Below, piece by piece: positions 1-14,548 of a stretch of 64,000 nt of DNA. How positions within the stretch are numbered: the first letter of the stretch is position 1; every line of letters starts with the position of its first letter. Under the pieces are notes generated by a model. The model did no database searches and was not told the DNA's origin. It saw only the letters and a list, made by a program, of their open reading frames with translations. The translations under genes and the position numbers were made by a program. The stretch is from the human T2T-CHM13v2.0 reference genome, Homo sapiens, in NCBI RefSeq assembly GCF_009914755.1, contig NC_060928.1. The stretch is one strand, 5' to 3'.

Positions 1-57
1 GGTCCTTACATCTTAACTGGACAGATAAACCTTCGTTTGTGAAACTAACAGTGAAAG

Positions 58-441
58 TGTATTAGTCCATTCTCACATTGCTATAAAGAACTGCCCGAGA
101 CTGAGTAATTTATAAAGAAAAGAGGTTGAATTGACTCATTGTTCTGCAGGGTGTACAGGAAGCCTGGCTGGGGGGGACTCAGGAAACTTACACTCATGGA
201 GGAAGGCAAAGAGGAAGGAGGAATGTCTAATATGACGGGAGCAGAAAGGAGGGAGCAAAGGGGGAGGGGCTACACACTGTTAAACAACTGTATGTCTTGA
301 GAACTCACTCACTATCATGAGAAGAGCATGGAGGAAATCTGTCCCATGATCTAACCACCTATCATCAGGCCCTTCCTTCAATAATAGGGGTTTAGAATTT
401 GACATGAGGTTTGGGTGGGGACACAAATCCAAACCATATCA
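58..441 (-). mobile_element. MaLR solo LTR, MSTA-like
   Basis: Begins tgtattagtccattctc and ends ccaaaccatatca, the reverse complement of the MST termini TGATATGGTTTGG...GGACTAATACA; near-perfect 5-bp TSD gaaag/gaagg. Confidence 0.9.
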
Positions 442-529
442 GAAGGCTTGAAAGAAATGGGATATTAAGAAATAGAAAACTGGGAAGTGGCAAATTGCCC
501 TTAAATGCACTGCATTTGGTTTATTAATA

Positions 530-750
530 TCAATTATTGAAAATTTGCCATGTGTCAGGTACTGTACCAAGCACTTTAGGTATAAACCTAACTTAAATCT
601 AAAAAAAGAGAAATTTTGAATTCCAAATTTACAAATGAAGAAACTGAGACCAGGACATGTATTGACCTAAGATCACACATCAGAGGAGAGATTCAAAACC
701 ATGTCAATTTTATTTACATACCCAGATTCTCAACTTCTGTGCTACCCTGG
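530..750 (-). mobile_element. MIR SINE fragment
   Basis: tttacaaatgaagaaactgagac...aagatcacac is the MIR core in reverse orientation. Confidence 0.65.
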
Positions 751-800
751 AGAGAACGACGTGGCCTGTAATGGTAAAAGAAAGTTTCATTAGAAAATAT

Positions 801-836
801 AACTGAGTTTGGGTATGTAATTGAGTTTGGGTATGA
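801..836. repeat. 18-bp tandem duplication
   Basis: aactgagtttgggtatgt / aattgagtttgggtatga. Confidence 0.9.
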
Positions 837-1499
837 GAAGTGGAACTCACAACAGTCATTGAAGAACGACTGGATTTAAATAAGTCTAATAAAGAAGGGA
901 GAACATTCCTGCTCTGCCCAACTATGTAAGTAAATTAAGTTAGGCATAATTGTGATGTATGTGGCATGAAATATTGAAGTATAGAGCAGTAGTTAGAGTT
1001 GCCTTCCTATCGAAAAGATTGAGTATTTCTTTGGTGGTTCAGATGTGAGAAATTTTACCACCAACAATTTGAGGAAAGGAAAACCTTATTGATTTGACAG
1101 TGTTTGAACAGAATCTTTCTCTGCATATATTTATTGTTATATCTGAAACCTTTAAAGCACTTGACTACTTCATTTTTGAAACTCTGTTCATCTTGGGCTT
1201 AAGAGATCTCTTTCCATTTGATTTCCATTCATCTCTCTATTTGTTATCAATCTCCTTTATTCATTTTTGTGCTTATCCCTTAAGTATAGGTTTTGTTCTG
1301 CAAACTGTTCAAATATGGACTCCAATTCCTTGAACTGCAATTTCTGCAGGGGGTTTCTTAAATTAGGGTCTGAGATATTCAGTCTATATATAGTTTAACA
1401 ATAACTATTCAATGCTATCTCAGCCTTAATAGTCATTCTTTCTTGGTTTCTAGCTGGCAGTGTCTCAATTTTGTAAAAAGTTGTAGCACTTTGAAAGAC

Positions 1500-2005
1500 G
1501 ATTTCATTCCTTTTCTAATGGATTGATTGAAGAATGTCATATATGAATATAGGAATCAATCTTAGTAATTAAACATGAGATGAAGTCGTCTGGAGGAAGG
1601 CCAGAATGTTTCCAGAAAAGTTTTCTTCGCTGGTAAAAAAAGACAGAGAGATATATATATAGAAAAATAGTCATTGTTCGTTACATGGGTATTGTCAGCT
1701 CTGGGTGCTATTCTGGGAACTCATGCATCCATCTTGTTTCCATGAAGAGAATTAGTCCAAGTGCAAACTGAAATGCCAAGGAAGGTAAAGAAAAAAAGAC
1801 AAAAAAAAAAAAAAAAAAAACAAACAAACCCTGAAATGCTAAGGAAGGTGAAGAAAAAAAGACAAAAAAGAAAACATATCCGTAGTGATAATTTGACTGT
1901 TTCACCAACTTTGGAACTTGATCTTAAGTATGATAATAATTTTTTTCTTATTATTTAAATTGCTGTAATCTGGAGTTTTCCCTTACTTGTAGCAAAAGGG
2001 ATCCT
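1500..2005 (+). mobile_element. Ancient MaLR LTR (MLT1J/K-like) with internal duplication and poly-A
   Basis: Degenerate MLT1 motifs (catccatcttgtttccatgaagag; 3' end ggagttttcccttacttgtagcaaaagggatcc); boundaries approximate. Confidence 0.5.
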
Positions 2006-3373
2006 CCCGGGGTTCCAATGGATAAAAGAGATCCATACAACCCTCGAAATTGTGAAATTTTTACATGTGTATATTTCTGAGAATGGAGTATTTAGTTTCC
2101 ATGAGATATTTTTAAAATACATAATAGTAATAAGTTCTTAAAATGTACTAATTGACATATTGATGACCTATAAATATGCATCTTCTATATCATTCTCATT
2201 GGTTTCAGTAACTTCGCCCATTCCTCTCTGCTACTAAAGTACTGTTTCTTAATGAAATCCAATCATGTTATTTTACTACTTAAACTGCTATTCTATTAAT
2301 AATCTCCTAGGGGGTGTGTGCCTTACAAGGGTAAAAAGTCATATTGCCTGCCATTTTAGTTTTTCTATTTCTTCATAAGTTCATTAAATTACTCTAATCC
2401 TTAAAAAATTCAATGCAATGGCATCCAAACCTTCTTGAGTGATGAACTTGTCATGAATAAGGGGAGAAGACAATAAAGTAGAAGGGTAGGCTATCTGCAG
2501 CCCATTACCTTTCAACTTCTGCCTGTGCCAACAGACTGATACTCCATTAGAGGGACGTGTCCAGAAATACCAAGCTGTGGTCATGGTAAGAGCTTCTGGA
2601 TAAGTTGAGACAGTCAGGAAGAAACAGAGGATTCTGAACAGTAACTGAGAAGTGGAAAAATCAAGAAGTACAGTCTTTCAACTATGAAACAAACCTAACC
2701 CTTGAATGAGAAAGGGAAATATAGAGAGAAGCTAACAAGTTATCTATTAAAACTGACCAATTTAAATCTCTTGCAGAAATCCTTCAGAGCACAGGCTGAT
2801 TGAATAGAAAGAGGATGGGAGAGCAGTCTGCCCTTGATCTGTCTGAGACATCACTTGTCTCCTCTTTCTTGAAGGTTCAGCTACTTCAGTGTAATGTGGT
2901 GGAAAGGAGAGAAGAGAAAAAGGATGAAAATGTGTTGCCTTTATAGTTTTCAGGCAAGAATACTGGTCTTTGCTCTGCTGGTTGTCCCATTCTCTGGATG
3001 ATGCTGTCTGGATATTAATGCTGTCTCTGTAGATGGCATTTAAACACTGGGTGCCTGATGGGATGCTTTTCATCTCTCAATTCTCCACTGAGGGTCATGT
3101 AGAATCTCCTTGTCAAATACCCTGGTCTTTCCTTTCAGAGCCTAAATTCATGTACAACTAGAGCCTTGAACCCTGCAGGCAGCCTCCTTAGACTAGAAGG
3201 TTCCTGGAGGGCAGCTGCCATTTATGTGGGAGCAGTCCAGCTTCTCTAATGGCGCCCACTGTGTCGGAATACTTGAGAGCGGGCACCTCTTTGTTCTCAG
3301 GTTCATGGCAAGAGCTGCCTATTCTTAGACAACAGAAGAAGCATCCCTTAACAAAATAAAAAACTGTTTTATT

Positions 3374-3670
3374 GGCTGGGTGCGGTGGCTCATGCCTGTA
3401 ATCCCAGCACTTTGGGAGGCTAAGATGGGCGGATCATGAGGTCGGGAGTTTGAGATCAGCCTGATCAACATGGTGAAACACCATCTCTACTAAAAATACA
3501 AAAATTAGCCAGACACGGTGGCAGGTGTCTGTAATCCCAGCTACTCAGGAGGCTGAGGCAGGAGAATCACTTGAACCTAGGAAGTGGAGCTTGCAGTGAG
3601 CCAAGATCGTGCCATTGCTCTCCAGCCTGGGTGACAGAACGAGACTCCATCTCAAAAAAAAAAAAAAAAA
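3374..3670 (+). mobile_element. Alu SINE (AluS, Sg-like)
   Basis: Full dimer ggctgggtgcggtggctc...poly-A; TSD aaaa(c/t)tgttttatt on both sides. Confidence 0.97.
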
Positions 3671-4041
3671 TTGTTTTATTTAGCAAAAACAAAATAAACA
3701 GCATTAACTCTTTCAAGCTGGGCTTTCACACTGTTTTCTTGGAAACAACAACTTTGTAAGTTTTTTGTATTCTTTTCAGTGTTTTATTAGGGTTTATTTT
3801 GTGGAAAACTGTAACATAAAGAGAAGGAAAGCATAAGTACCTATGTTTTCATGTTTTAAAATTTATTCTATGGAAAAAACACTTAAAACATTGCTTATGA
3901 ACCGTTTATGTACACATTTATAATTGTTTAGATCATACATTTGTTTCTACTAGCAAGACTTATCTCCTGAAACTTAAACTGTACCCATCACCTGTATTCA
4001 AACATGAATGGAAATATGCCCATAAATCTATCTGAAGAAAG

Positions 4042-4800
4042 TGTAATTGCCTGACAGGTTCTTCCTGCCCACTGCACAGACAAAACCAGTGTACTGAGAC
4101 AGTGGTATTGCAGTAAAGAAAGAGTTCAATTAATATGAGGCTGCCCACATGGAAGAACTGGAGTTATCACCCAAACATTCTCCTTGAAGGCTTGAAGATC
4201 AGGGTTTTTCAAGGGTAGTCTGGTGGGCAGGTGATCTGGGAATCAGTCATGCTGAATGGTTGGGAATGGGATCATAGTGGTGTGGTAAATAGTCTTCATG
4301 CACTGAGTCTGTCTCTTAGTAGGGAGCCACGGGACTAGTTGAGCCATGAGTCAGGAGTCCAGGTGGGGCCAATCTGAAAAAAAAAAAACATCTCAAAAGA
4401 CTAATCTTATGTTCTAAAATAGTTATGTTACCTATAATAGCAATTGGGGAAGTCAGAAATCTTGCAACCTCTGGCCACATAACTCCTTAGCAGTAAGAGA
4501 TTACAAACAATGCCTACATTTTAGCGGAATTCAGGCCCCTTCCATAATCCTAATCCTGTGGCTTCTCATTAATTTTACAAAGGCAGTTTCAGCCCCTAAA
4601 GAAGGAGTAGGGGGTCAGTTTTAGGGAGGGGCTATGATTATCTTTGTTTCAAAGTTAAACTATAAACCAAATTTCTCCCACACTTTACTTGGCCTACACC
4701 CAGTCATGAGTGAAGACAGCCACCCTGTGAAGCTAGAAGCAAGATGGAACCAGCCATGTTAGATTTCCCTCACAGTCATACTGTTTGCAAAGGTGTTTCA
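4042..4800 (-). mobile_element. ERV1 solo LTR, LTR8/LTR8A-like
   Basis: Minus strand starts TGAAACACCTTTGCAAA...CCATCTTGCTTCTA (LTR8 family start); TG...CA termini; perfect 4-bp TSD aaag (4038-4041 / 4801-4804). Confidence 0.85.
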
Positions 4801-4920
4801 AAAGGATTGAAGGACTCTCTGTTATTGAATGCATCCAAAGTGAAGTGGATAAGGAAGACCCAGTGACCTAATAACAAAACGTTACTCCCTGCGAAAGATG
4901 GATGATTCTTACCTCTGTCA

Positions 4921-4933
4921 TTTTATTTTTATT

Positions 4934-4972
<39 letters not shown>

Positions 4973-5259
4973 TTTTGAGATGGAGTATTGCTCTGTCACC
5001 CAGGCTGGGGTACAGTGGCACTATCTCAACTCACTTCAACCTCCGCCTCCTGGGTTCAAGCTGATTCTACTGCCTCAGCCTCCCGAAAAGCTGGGATTAC
5101 AGGCATGTGCCACCACACCTGGCTGATTTTTGTATTTTTAGTAGAGATAGAGTTTCACCATGTTGGTCAGGCTGGTCACAAACTCCTGTCCTTAGATCAT
5201 CCACCCACCTCCATCTCCCAAAGTGCTGGGATTACAGGCATGAGCCACTGCGCCCAGCC
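4921..5259 (-). mobile_element. Alu SINE (AluS) with (TTTA)n tail
   Basis: Reverse Alu ending gagccactgcgcccagcc; tail converted to a TTTA microsatellite; TSD acct(c/t)tgtcatttt. Confidence 0.97.
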
Positions 5260-6799
5260 AACCTTTGTCATTTTTATAAAATGACATCAGTTATCTTATC
5301 TCCCTGTGGTGGCTCCTAGGTTCTTGGTCTTTTGTTTGCACCTAGATGTAAAGCTCAACATATTTTCAGACTCTCCTAAAACTCCACTAATGAAAACATG
5401 ACTGTGAAATGCTTATTTTCTGTAGTTTTTAACTGGGAAACAGAGAAGGGATATTTGTATTACAATAAACAAATGAAGAGCCGTTTGTCTAGTTTTATTC
5501 TCCACAGTCACACAGTTTTTGTTGACTCTTGCCTGCTCTTTCTTCCTTTTTTCATCTATGGTTTCTCCTTGACCCTTCATATCTTTAAGTTTTTTTGTTA
5601 TTATTATTTTTTATTATTAGGAAGCAACTTAGCTTCCTCTTGTTTCTTGCATATCAGGAAAATTAGCAAGAGAAATTTCCCACCTACCTTGGAAGGCCCT
5701 CTATGTGTTTGCATAGGAGGATTTATATATAAATACTTCCTCCACCATCAAAACCTTGTGTTTCAGTCATGAGTTATAGAAAGACAGAAGTTTGTTAGGG
5801 GAGTTAAAAGAATGGCTAAAAGCTAAAAGAAAATCAGAGTAATAAAGTATATAATGTCATCGGCATGAATATTGCGGTTCACACATGATAAAGTATAACA
5901 AAACCCTTAATAGAAACTTTTACCCACAGCCTGTCTTGAGGAGATGCCAAAGAATTAACTGGTGGCCTTAACAGAGAGTGAAACTTTGTTGTCAGGTCTC
6001 TCCAAAGGGAGACTGATGTACCTATTATGAGTACTATCCTTGTTCAACAACCTGGGAAGGAATGCTAGGAAAAGCATCAGCTACCTAATCATAAACAGCA
6101 CATGAGAACTTTGGGGCTGGAAAGGACCTCTGGGGGATCTATTTCCCCCGATATCTTATCAGCTGTTTTCTCCATCCTGTTATACAAGCTTCGAAACTTT
6201 GTGTGCATCCTCAAAACAACTCAGTTTTATCATTTAAATATTTTCTATTCTATCAAAATAATATTTTTTTATGTTATATGTGCTGCACAAATTATCTGTT
6301 TAGTAGCATGTCTCTTTAGTTTCTATATGGTAAAGTATGTTTTATTTTTGGAAAAAAATTACTTTTCACAATCTATAAAGATTTCGTTATACTTCAGTTT
6401 AAATGCCTTTATGCTTACTGCTATGCATTCTTTTTGTGGAAAATATAATTAGATTTTTAAAGGAAAAGAATTCAGTAAATGACAACAATGCAAGTTCTTA
6501 AAACTATATTTTAATACAAGAAAACTATAAAGGAAACGAGAAATAAGAATTTCTGAAAAAATGTAATGTAGCAGAAAGTGTATATTATCAGATAAACTTT
6601 TACATAAAATATTTTTATTTTTCTTCCTTGAGCTACAGCAACTGTTTAAAATTACAACACAAATTAAAAAATATAATAGAATTTTATTAAGACAGTGTTC
6701 TATATGCCAGTCATAGTTCTAGCTAATCTAAATTTTCACTTATCCTAATCACCTTACACCCTTAAAGAAAAGAAACAGCCAGTGAAAGAAATTTACCAC

Positions 6800-7005
6800 A
6801 GGAAACACAATTTTTGGAGTTAACCAGGCTAGTTTAAATATTCAGCACCTTTCTCGGCTGCTGTTCTAAATTTGGACAAGTTAATTCTCCTTTCTTGTGT
6901 GAATAAAGGGGATATACGATTTATATGTTTGTGACAAGGATTAAATGATAATTTATTTAGCATAGTACTTGGCAGACTTAATAGTTGCTCAATACATATT
7001 AATTG
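6800..7005 (+). mobile_element. MIR fragment
   Basis: ttggacaagttaatt...aggattaaatgataat...agcatagtacttggca...gctcaatacat. Confidence 0.6.
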
Positions 7006-7069
7006 CCACTCTTACTCTGTGAGGAAATAGTAATTGCATTTTCATGGTAGACCCAGAGTAGGTACCCAA

Positions 7070-7300
7070 AATAATTGTATTCACTTAACAAGCATTTACC
7101 ATGTGCCAATATCAAGCACATTTTACATGTTATCATATTTAAGCCTCAGAATAATACTGCAATACAAGACATATTATTATTATCCCCATCTCACAGATAA
7201 TAAACCTGGGGCTTAGAGAAGTAACTTGCTTTGAGGTGGTGCCAGAAATTGGGAGTCTACTTCACAATCTGACATCAAGAGTTCCTGCTTGTATTCTTAT
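7070..7300 (-). mobile_element. MIR fragment
   Basis: tattatccccatctcacagataataaacctggggcttagagaagtaacttgc. Confidence 0.7.
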
Positions 7301-7858
7301 GTTCTGTTTATTTAATTCTGTGGATATATGCATGTGCATATGCGTGCATTTATTTTCTTTTATTGAGGGTTACGTTGAGTGGGTTTTATTTAACAAAATG
7401 CTATGAATTACATGATTAAAAGTAAGCATTTGTGGAGTGACTGCTTCCATTAGTTTTCAAAGCTATACTTATTTATAATCCAAAGAAGGTTATTTTTCAG
7501 GACTAAGAATATTACTTAAAGACTTCATAGGTAGTGTTTTGCATGGAAATTTCCTGAGTTAGGTGGGAAATATGTGTGTGTGTGTCTTAACATTTTTTTA
7601 GGAATAATTTTAGATTTACAGAAAAACTGCAGACATTAGAATTCCATATACACTCCAATAAATCTCACTTTAATTTATCATCTCATATAAACATTGTGTA
7701 TTTTTTTTTAGCTTTTCTTAAAAATATATATTTTGAAACTTTCCAATGCTGTTCTTTATTTTACATTCTGTGCTTTATATATTTTTCCAATATACACATC
7801 AAGGGAATTTAATTAGAATTGCCACAGTTAATAGCATTGTGTATTTTTCAAACCTAAG

Positions 7859-8549
<691 letters not shown>

Positions 8550-10062
8550 TTTCATTAGTATTAGCTAAATAACAGACTTTATTCAGATTTTATCACTTTT
8601 CCCAACAATATCCTTTGAATGTTCCAGGATTCAATTTAGAATACCACATTGCATTTGCTTTCCATTTCTCCTCCTGTTTATGGGAGTGCATCAGTCTTTT
8701 TATTTGTTTCATGACGTTGATAATTTGAAGAACACTGTTCCCCTTGTAGAATGTCCCTCAATTTCTCAATATTAGACTGGTGTATAGTTTTGGGGGCAGA
8801 AAATCCAAGAGGTGAAGAATCCTCTTACTGCATCATATGAAGGATACATCATATCAATATGACTTAGTGCTGGTGATGCTAACATTGATTACTTGTTCAT
8901 TGTATGTTTTCTAGGTTTTTCCACTATGATGTGACTATGCTTTTCCTTCCCCTAGTCTATTCTTTGGATACAAGTCAATACAAGCCCATACTCAAAAAAA
9001 GTTTTTGTTTTATGGTTTGGGTTGGAATCCAATGCTACATTAATTATTACGTTCCTTTAATTTTTCCAGCTTTGGGCAATGGGAGCATTTTCAAGTGCAT
9101 AACTTTTTTAAATGTCCTTCCGTCTGATTGATAGGTATCTATACTCCACCCATCTACAGGGTCTCTTCCCTAATAACTCCAGCCTATATGAAGTTTCTAC
9201 CTTCTTTTCCCAATTTGGCACTGTATTCCATAATTAACAACTCATATGCCATTTTATTTACTAATTACTTTAATTCATGAAATTTGCTTTGCCAGATACT
9301 ATCTTGTTTAGTGACCCACCAAATAATAGATCTCTACAAAATACTTCCTATTTTCATGATAATGTCTTATACTGTGGAAAGTGGCGGGGGGGAGGGGAAT
9401 AACACCTGCCTTCAAGAAACATAAAATTTATTTGGGGGAATACAAATAACACTCAAAGCAATTTCATCATAATTTGAGTGCTTAATAATAAAAGACTAAT
9501 AGTGTAGAATTTAGGAAAGGGGGGGGAGCAATGCAAGGGTTTTACAAAAACTAAAACCATTTATGCAATAAATACAGTATACTAAGGTTTAAGGATAAAG
9601 TGATGAACTCATGATTAAGTCAAGTGCCAAGTATGATGAGCTACTTTTAACGTTAGATGGACAGAGCACTATGACGTTGCTTCACAGATTATAATATGGA
9701 GTTGCAGAAGGACCTCTGGAAGTAATTTCTATATAAATACTGAATGACTAACAGGAAAGCCACCTGGAGAATATGGGACTTGTCTGCAATCTTAAGAAGG
9801 ACTTTCACAGCAGGAAATCAGAAGGATGATTATTCTACATAATGAGGCATCTTTATATCCTCAAATAAACTATGAAGTATCTGTAGTAGGAGCTATAATG
9901 TAACATCATTTAGTACAACATTGTTTTTAAGTAATCGTTCTAATGACACTGTATGTGTGTGTATCTGTAGGTTTCCCTGTTTGGTTTCTTTGTACATGAC
10001 CATACACCTGTTCTCTTACTGTTCATTCATTTTTCTTTCAGTAAAAAATTTTCTAAGCACTT

Positions 10063-10661
10063 TGTGGCAGGCAGGATCGTAAGATTGCCTTAAAATACCC
10101 TTGAGTTCATATAATTTATTCTCATGAGTGTGGTTTGGACTGGTGAATATGAGGTCTATCTCCTAAGGCTATATTACATTCTATGGCAAAAGAGATTTTG
10201 AAGATGTAATTATGGTTACTACTAACAAGTAGACTTTGAATTAATTGAAAGGGAGATTATCTATGTGAGCCTGAGCTGATCATATGTGCCTTTAATTTTG
10301 TGCCTAAATGCCAGATAAAAGAGAATCCAGTGATCCAAGTATAAGATTTCGTCTCCCATTGTTAATTTGAAGATATAGGAGGAGACAAGGAAAACAATGT
10401 TCTTCTCTCACGGAACTGAGCTAGGTCCTAACTGTGAGTCAGGAAAGTGAAGACCTTAGTACTGTAACCACAAGTTGTTGTATTCTTTCAACAACAAGAA
10501 TGAGCTTTCAAGCGAGTTGTTCCTCAAAGCTTCCAGATTAGATTAAGCATCCAAACATGCTATGCTGAAGTTCTGACCTACAGATGCTGAGGTAAAAAAA
10601 TGAGTGTTGTTACAAGCCACTACATTTGTGGCAATTCATGTAGCAATAGAAAATTAATTCA
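10063..10661 (+). mobile_element. MaLR LTR, MLT1E-like, inserted in an L2 3' end
   Basis: tgtggcaggcagga...gagattttgaagatgtaatta...tttgtggcaattcatgtagcaatagaaaattaattca; near TSD cactt/tactt; L2 tail (ttcattcat...aagcac|atttgtatcaagcactgtt) split on either side. Confidence 0.8.
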
Positions 10662-10699
10662 TACTTATTTGTATCAAGCACTGTTTTGGATCCCTTTAA

Positions 10700-11095
10700 T
10701 GACAATCAGTATATGCTATGTTACTTTGTGGAAAAAAAACCCACAAAAATAATAATGACAAACCTTCAAATCTTTGTGGCTTCATACTGCAAGATTTACT
10801 TTTCACATATGTAAATCATCCAGGGAAGTGTCCAATGTGCAATGATGAGTCAATTTAGACTTTATTAATCTTGTAACTTCACAACCTCAACACAAGACTC
10901 TCTTCACAATCGCTGAAGCAGGGTCAAGAATGCTGGCCTTATATAAACAATAAACAGCTTGTCCTGGAAGTGAAGCACATCACTTTAGTCTTGACCAATT
11001 GGCTTGAAGCAGTCCCATGCTCATGCCGTACTGGAAGTGTGAAGGTGGAAAACAGATGAAGAGAATAGGGTAAATTTGAACACTCAAAGTCTTAA
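10700..11095 (-). mobile_element. Ancient MLT1-class LTR remnant
   Basis: caaatctttgtggcttcata...gatttacttttcac; ctggaagtgaagcacatcacttt...aattggcttgaagcagtcccatg. Confidence 0.5.
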
Positions 11096-14000
11096 CTATT
11101 CATGAATGACTAAGAAAGACTTTTACATCAGTGACCAAAACAAAACTCTTGTGTTTATGCAGATTATTTTCTAGTACTTCAAGTAAGCTAAGGACAGAGG
11201 AGTGTTATTAGGACAGTTTATAGAAATAAAGCACAATATTAATGTTTAAGTTTGACTTCCACAATAACATTGTAAAAATGTCAGTCAATCTAAAGTGTCT
11301 TAAGGTCCTGCTATGCTACTCAGGTCCAGGTGGTAGTTGGGAGAAAGAGGATGACATTATTTGATCCTGTGGAATTAGAATGCATTGAAGAGGTAACTGA
11401 AGAGGTCAGAAACCAGTGTGACCATATTTATTCCATTCTTGGTTCGAGTCTCGGGCATATTACAAGGAAATTCCCACATTCACACTCAGAAATGAAATGG
11501 GATAAATACAGTGAGGTCAGGTCCCTCAGAATCAAAACACACATGAAGACACGTCTCTCACCTTATTTTAGAGACGTTTTAACCTTGACATAAACAATCC
11601 ATGAACAAACAATCTGGTAGTATTAGAAAAATTGCCTCTAGCAAAATAGCAAATAATAATAAACACTTACATAAGCTAACATAAAGATAAACTGTAAAGA
11701 GAAGGTAATTTTTAGACTCATATGCCAGTTAAAAGATAAAGAGTCCAGACAATTCTAAAAACTTCCTTCAACACTCTGCACATATTATTCAGCCCCTACA
11801 CTTCACAGATGATTTTGGACCATTTTAAGGTGGTATTTTTTACCTGCAATTTCTGTATTCCTCCATGACTGTCTGTACCTTAAAAGAATCAGTGGATATA
11901 TTTTAATATCTAATGGTATAAGGTACTGTAATTTTTATAAAGTTGCTTTTCCTTGCCATTGTTAAGCTGCTTGTCAAAACAAATGAACATTTTTATGAAT
12001 TACTGTACTGTAGATACTTTCAATCAATTATTCCATAGACACTACATAGTTAAGCCCAACTCCTTAATTAATTCTAATTTTTTAAGCCTTAAAGAAGTAA
12101 TTCTACACTTTTCATTCTTCTATCACCTTCTAATTAAAAGGCAATATTATTTCACCTTATTATAATGCAAAATTAAATATACTGTTTTAATGACAGATAG
12201 TTGTTTTTACTTTACTTAAATACATGTTTACAGTTATGTGATATCAGAAAAGATGGCTGAATAGAGTTGCCTGGTGCTTGCCCCTCCTACTAAAAGTGAT
12301 CAAAATAGCAGATAGACAACTGTATTTCAACTGTATTGACTGAGGAAGTATGCTGGAGAGCACTAGAGGAGCATCAAGATCTTTGTCAAACTTATGCCTA
12401 GCATAGCATTACAGAGCTTGGAGTGAGGGCACCCCTGCCTCTGTCAAATTGTTTGCCCTGCTGGATGGGCTCAGAGTCAGGGGAGACTTAGTGGAAAAGG
12501 CAATATGGAAACCCCCAGCAGTCCTCAGTACTGCCAAAGATACCAGTAATTTATGATACAAGAGAGTCGCCAGTTCACTTAGGCATTAAATGCAGTTTGG
12601 AAAATTTCCAGGAGTACATGTGGCTGCATGGCATCAGAGAAGAACCCTCCCTTCCAGTCCTCACCCCCATGACATAAGTTGCTATTGCATGGCAAACCTT
12701 GAAACTAAACCCTCTGCTAGTGTGTGTCCTGCCCTGGGGACAAGTAACCACTGATTCTCTCCATCACTGAGGCTCTGCTGACATTATACCACACTAAAAA
12801 AGAATAATAATAAATACCTGCAGTACCATTACATCATCTATCTGGAGTCTAGGTTTCACAAAACAACTGAGAGCCTGGTGTCTGAACTAAGGGGTCACCC
12901 AATTTTTCAGGGAACAGGCAAAACTGCCCAGTGGGAAGCCATTGAGCAGCTGGCCAGCCCCCATTGCCCATACACTGAATGACTGGGCAGCCCAGCCAGC
13001 TAGTGAGTGCTAGGGTCCAGCCCAGCAGCTATCCCAGCAATGGACCGGCCTCCCCAAAGAAATTGCCATACAGACAACTGTTTTCCCATGTTCACATGCA
13101 TACACTTACATCTGACTCAACATCCAGTCAGAAGCAGCCTTGCCTCCTGGAAAAGAGTGCAGCACAGCTGCACATCCAGGCCAGCACACCTGATAATAAC
13201 CCAACAGCCACTCCAGGAGTGGCTCCAGTCTCCCAAAGAGCCTGCCACACAGCCCATTGGCATGCCGTACATGCACACGTCTGGCCTGACAATCCACTCA
13301 GAATCAAAGCTAGTGCACTCTTCCCAACCAACACCTTAGGACCCATTTACAAGAAAACATTTGTCCTGCAAAACCTACTCTATAAAATTGTGAAATGTAT
13401 ATGTTCCACTGGAGGCACAGTTATCCACATACGAACATAGAGACCTGCAAAAAATAAAGAAATATGGCACCCCCAAAGGAACACAAGTCTTCAGTAATAG
13501 ATCTCAAAGAAAAGGGTGTTTACAAAGTGCCTGAAAGGGAATTCCAAATAATGATTTTAAGGGAACTCAGCAAAATATAAGAGAATATAGACAAACAAAC
13601 AATTTATTGAAACCAGAAAAACAATTCGTAATCTGAATGAGCAATTCAATAATAAGATATTATACAAAAGAACCAAATACAAATTGTGGAGATAAAAACT
13701 TCAATTAAAGAAACAAAAAATAAAACTGAGAGCTTTAACAACAGACTAGATCAGCAGAAGAAAAAATTATTGAACTTGAAGGCAAGTCTTTTGAAGTAAT
13801 CCAGTCAAATAATAAGTAATAAATGTGAAAAAAAATATCCTATGGGGGGAATGGTACACTGTAAAGCCAACTTTTAAATATTTTCTTATTGGAGTTCAAG
13901 AGGGAGAAGAGATTTAAAAATACACAGTTAACCTATTTAACAAAATAGCTGAAAACTTCCCAGGGAAGACTTATGCACTGTTGGTGAGATTGTAAATCAG

Positions 14001-14368
14001 TACAGCCATTATGGACAACAGTATGAAAGTTCATCAAAAAATTAAAAATAGAACTATCATATGATCCAGTAATCCCACTACTGGGTATATATCCAAAAGA
14101 AATGAGACCAGTATGTCAAAGAGATATCTGTACTTTCATGTTTATTATAGCACTATGCACAATAGCCAAGATATGTCATCAATTTGAGTGTTCAACAATA
14201 GATGAATGGATAAAGAAAATGTGGTATACATACACAATGGATTACTATTCAACTATAAAAACAGTGAAATCCTGTCATTTGTGACAACATGGGTGAACTT
14301 GGAGGACATCTTGTTAAGTGAAATAAACCAAAGTCAAATACCGTATGACCTCAGTCATATGTGGAATC

Positions 14369-14372
<4 letters not shown>

Positions 14373-14448
<76 letters not shown>
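14373..14448. repeat. Compound microsatellite (TA)16(GA)22
   Basis: Read directly. Confidence 0.97.
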
Positions 14449-14450
<2 letters not shown>

Positions 14451-14548
14451 CTCTGCTTCTATGAATATGTATATTCATAGAAGAATATATATATTCTCCT
14501 CCACTATTTGACCCTCTGCTACTATAAATATATATACTCATAGAATAT

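Noticed and set aside
1761-1958. Lys/Arg-rich NLS-like peptide with an internal repeat
   Set aside because: Artefact of a poly-A tract and the 33-bp duplication; non-ATG start.
5398-6452. Hydrophobic 116-124 aa ORFs resembling membrane proteins
   Set aside because: F/L/I/Y-rich composition is what T-rich non-coding DNA yields; no splice or family support.
12979-13440. Longest ORF (153 aa) plus overlapping ORFs on both strands
   Set aside because: It lies in the GC-richer 5' UTR of an old L1, where stop codons are rarer; no recognisable protein features.
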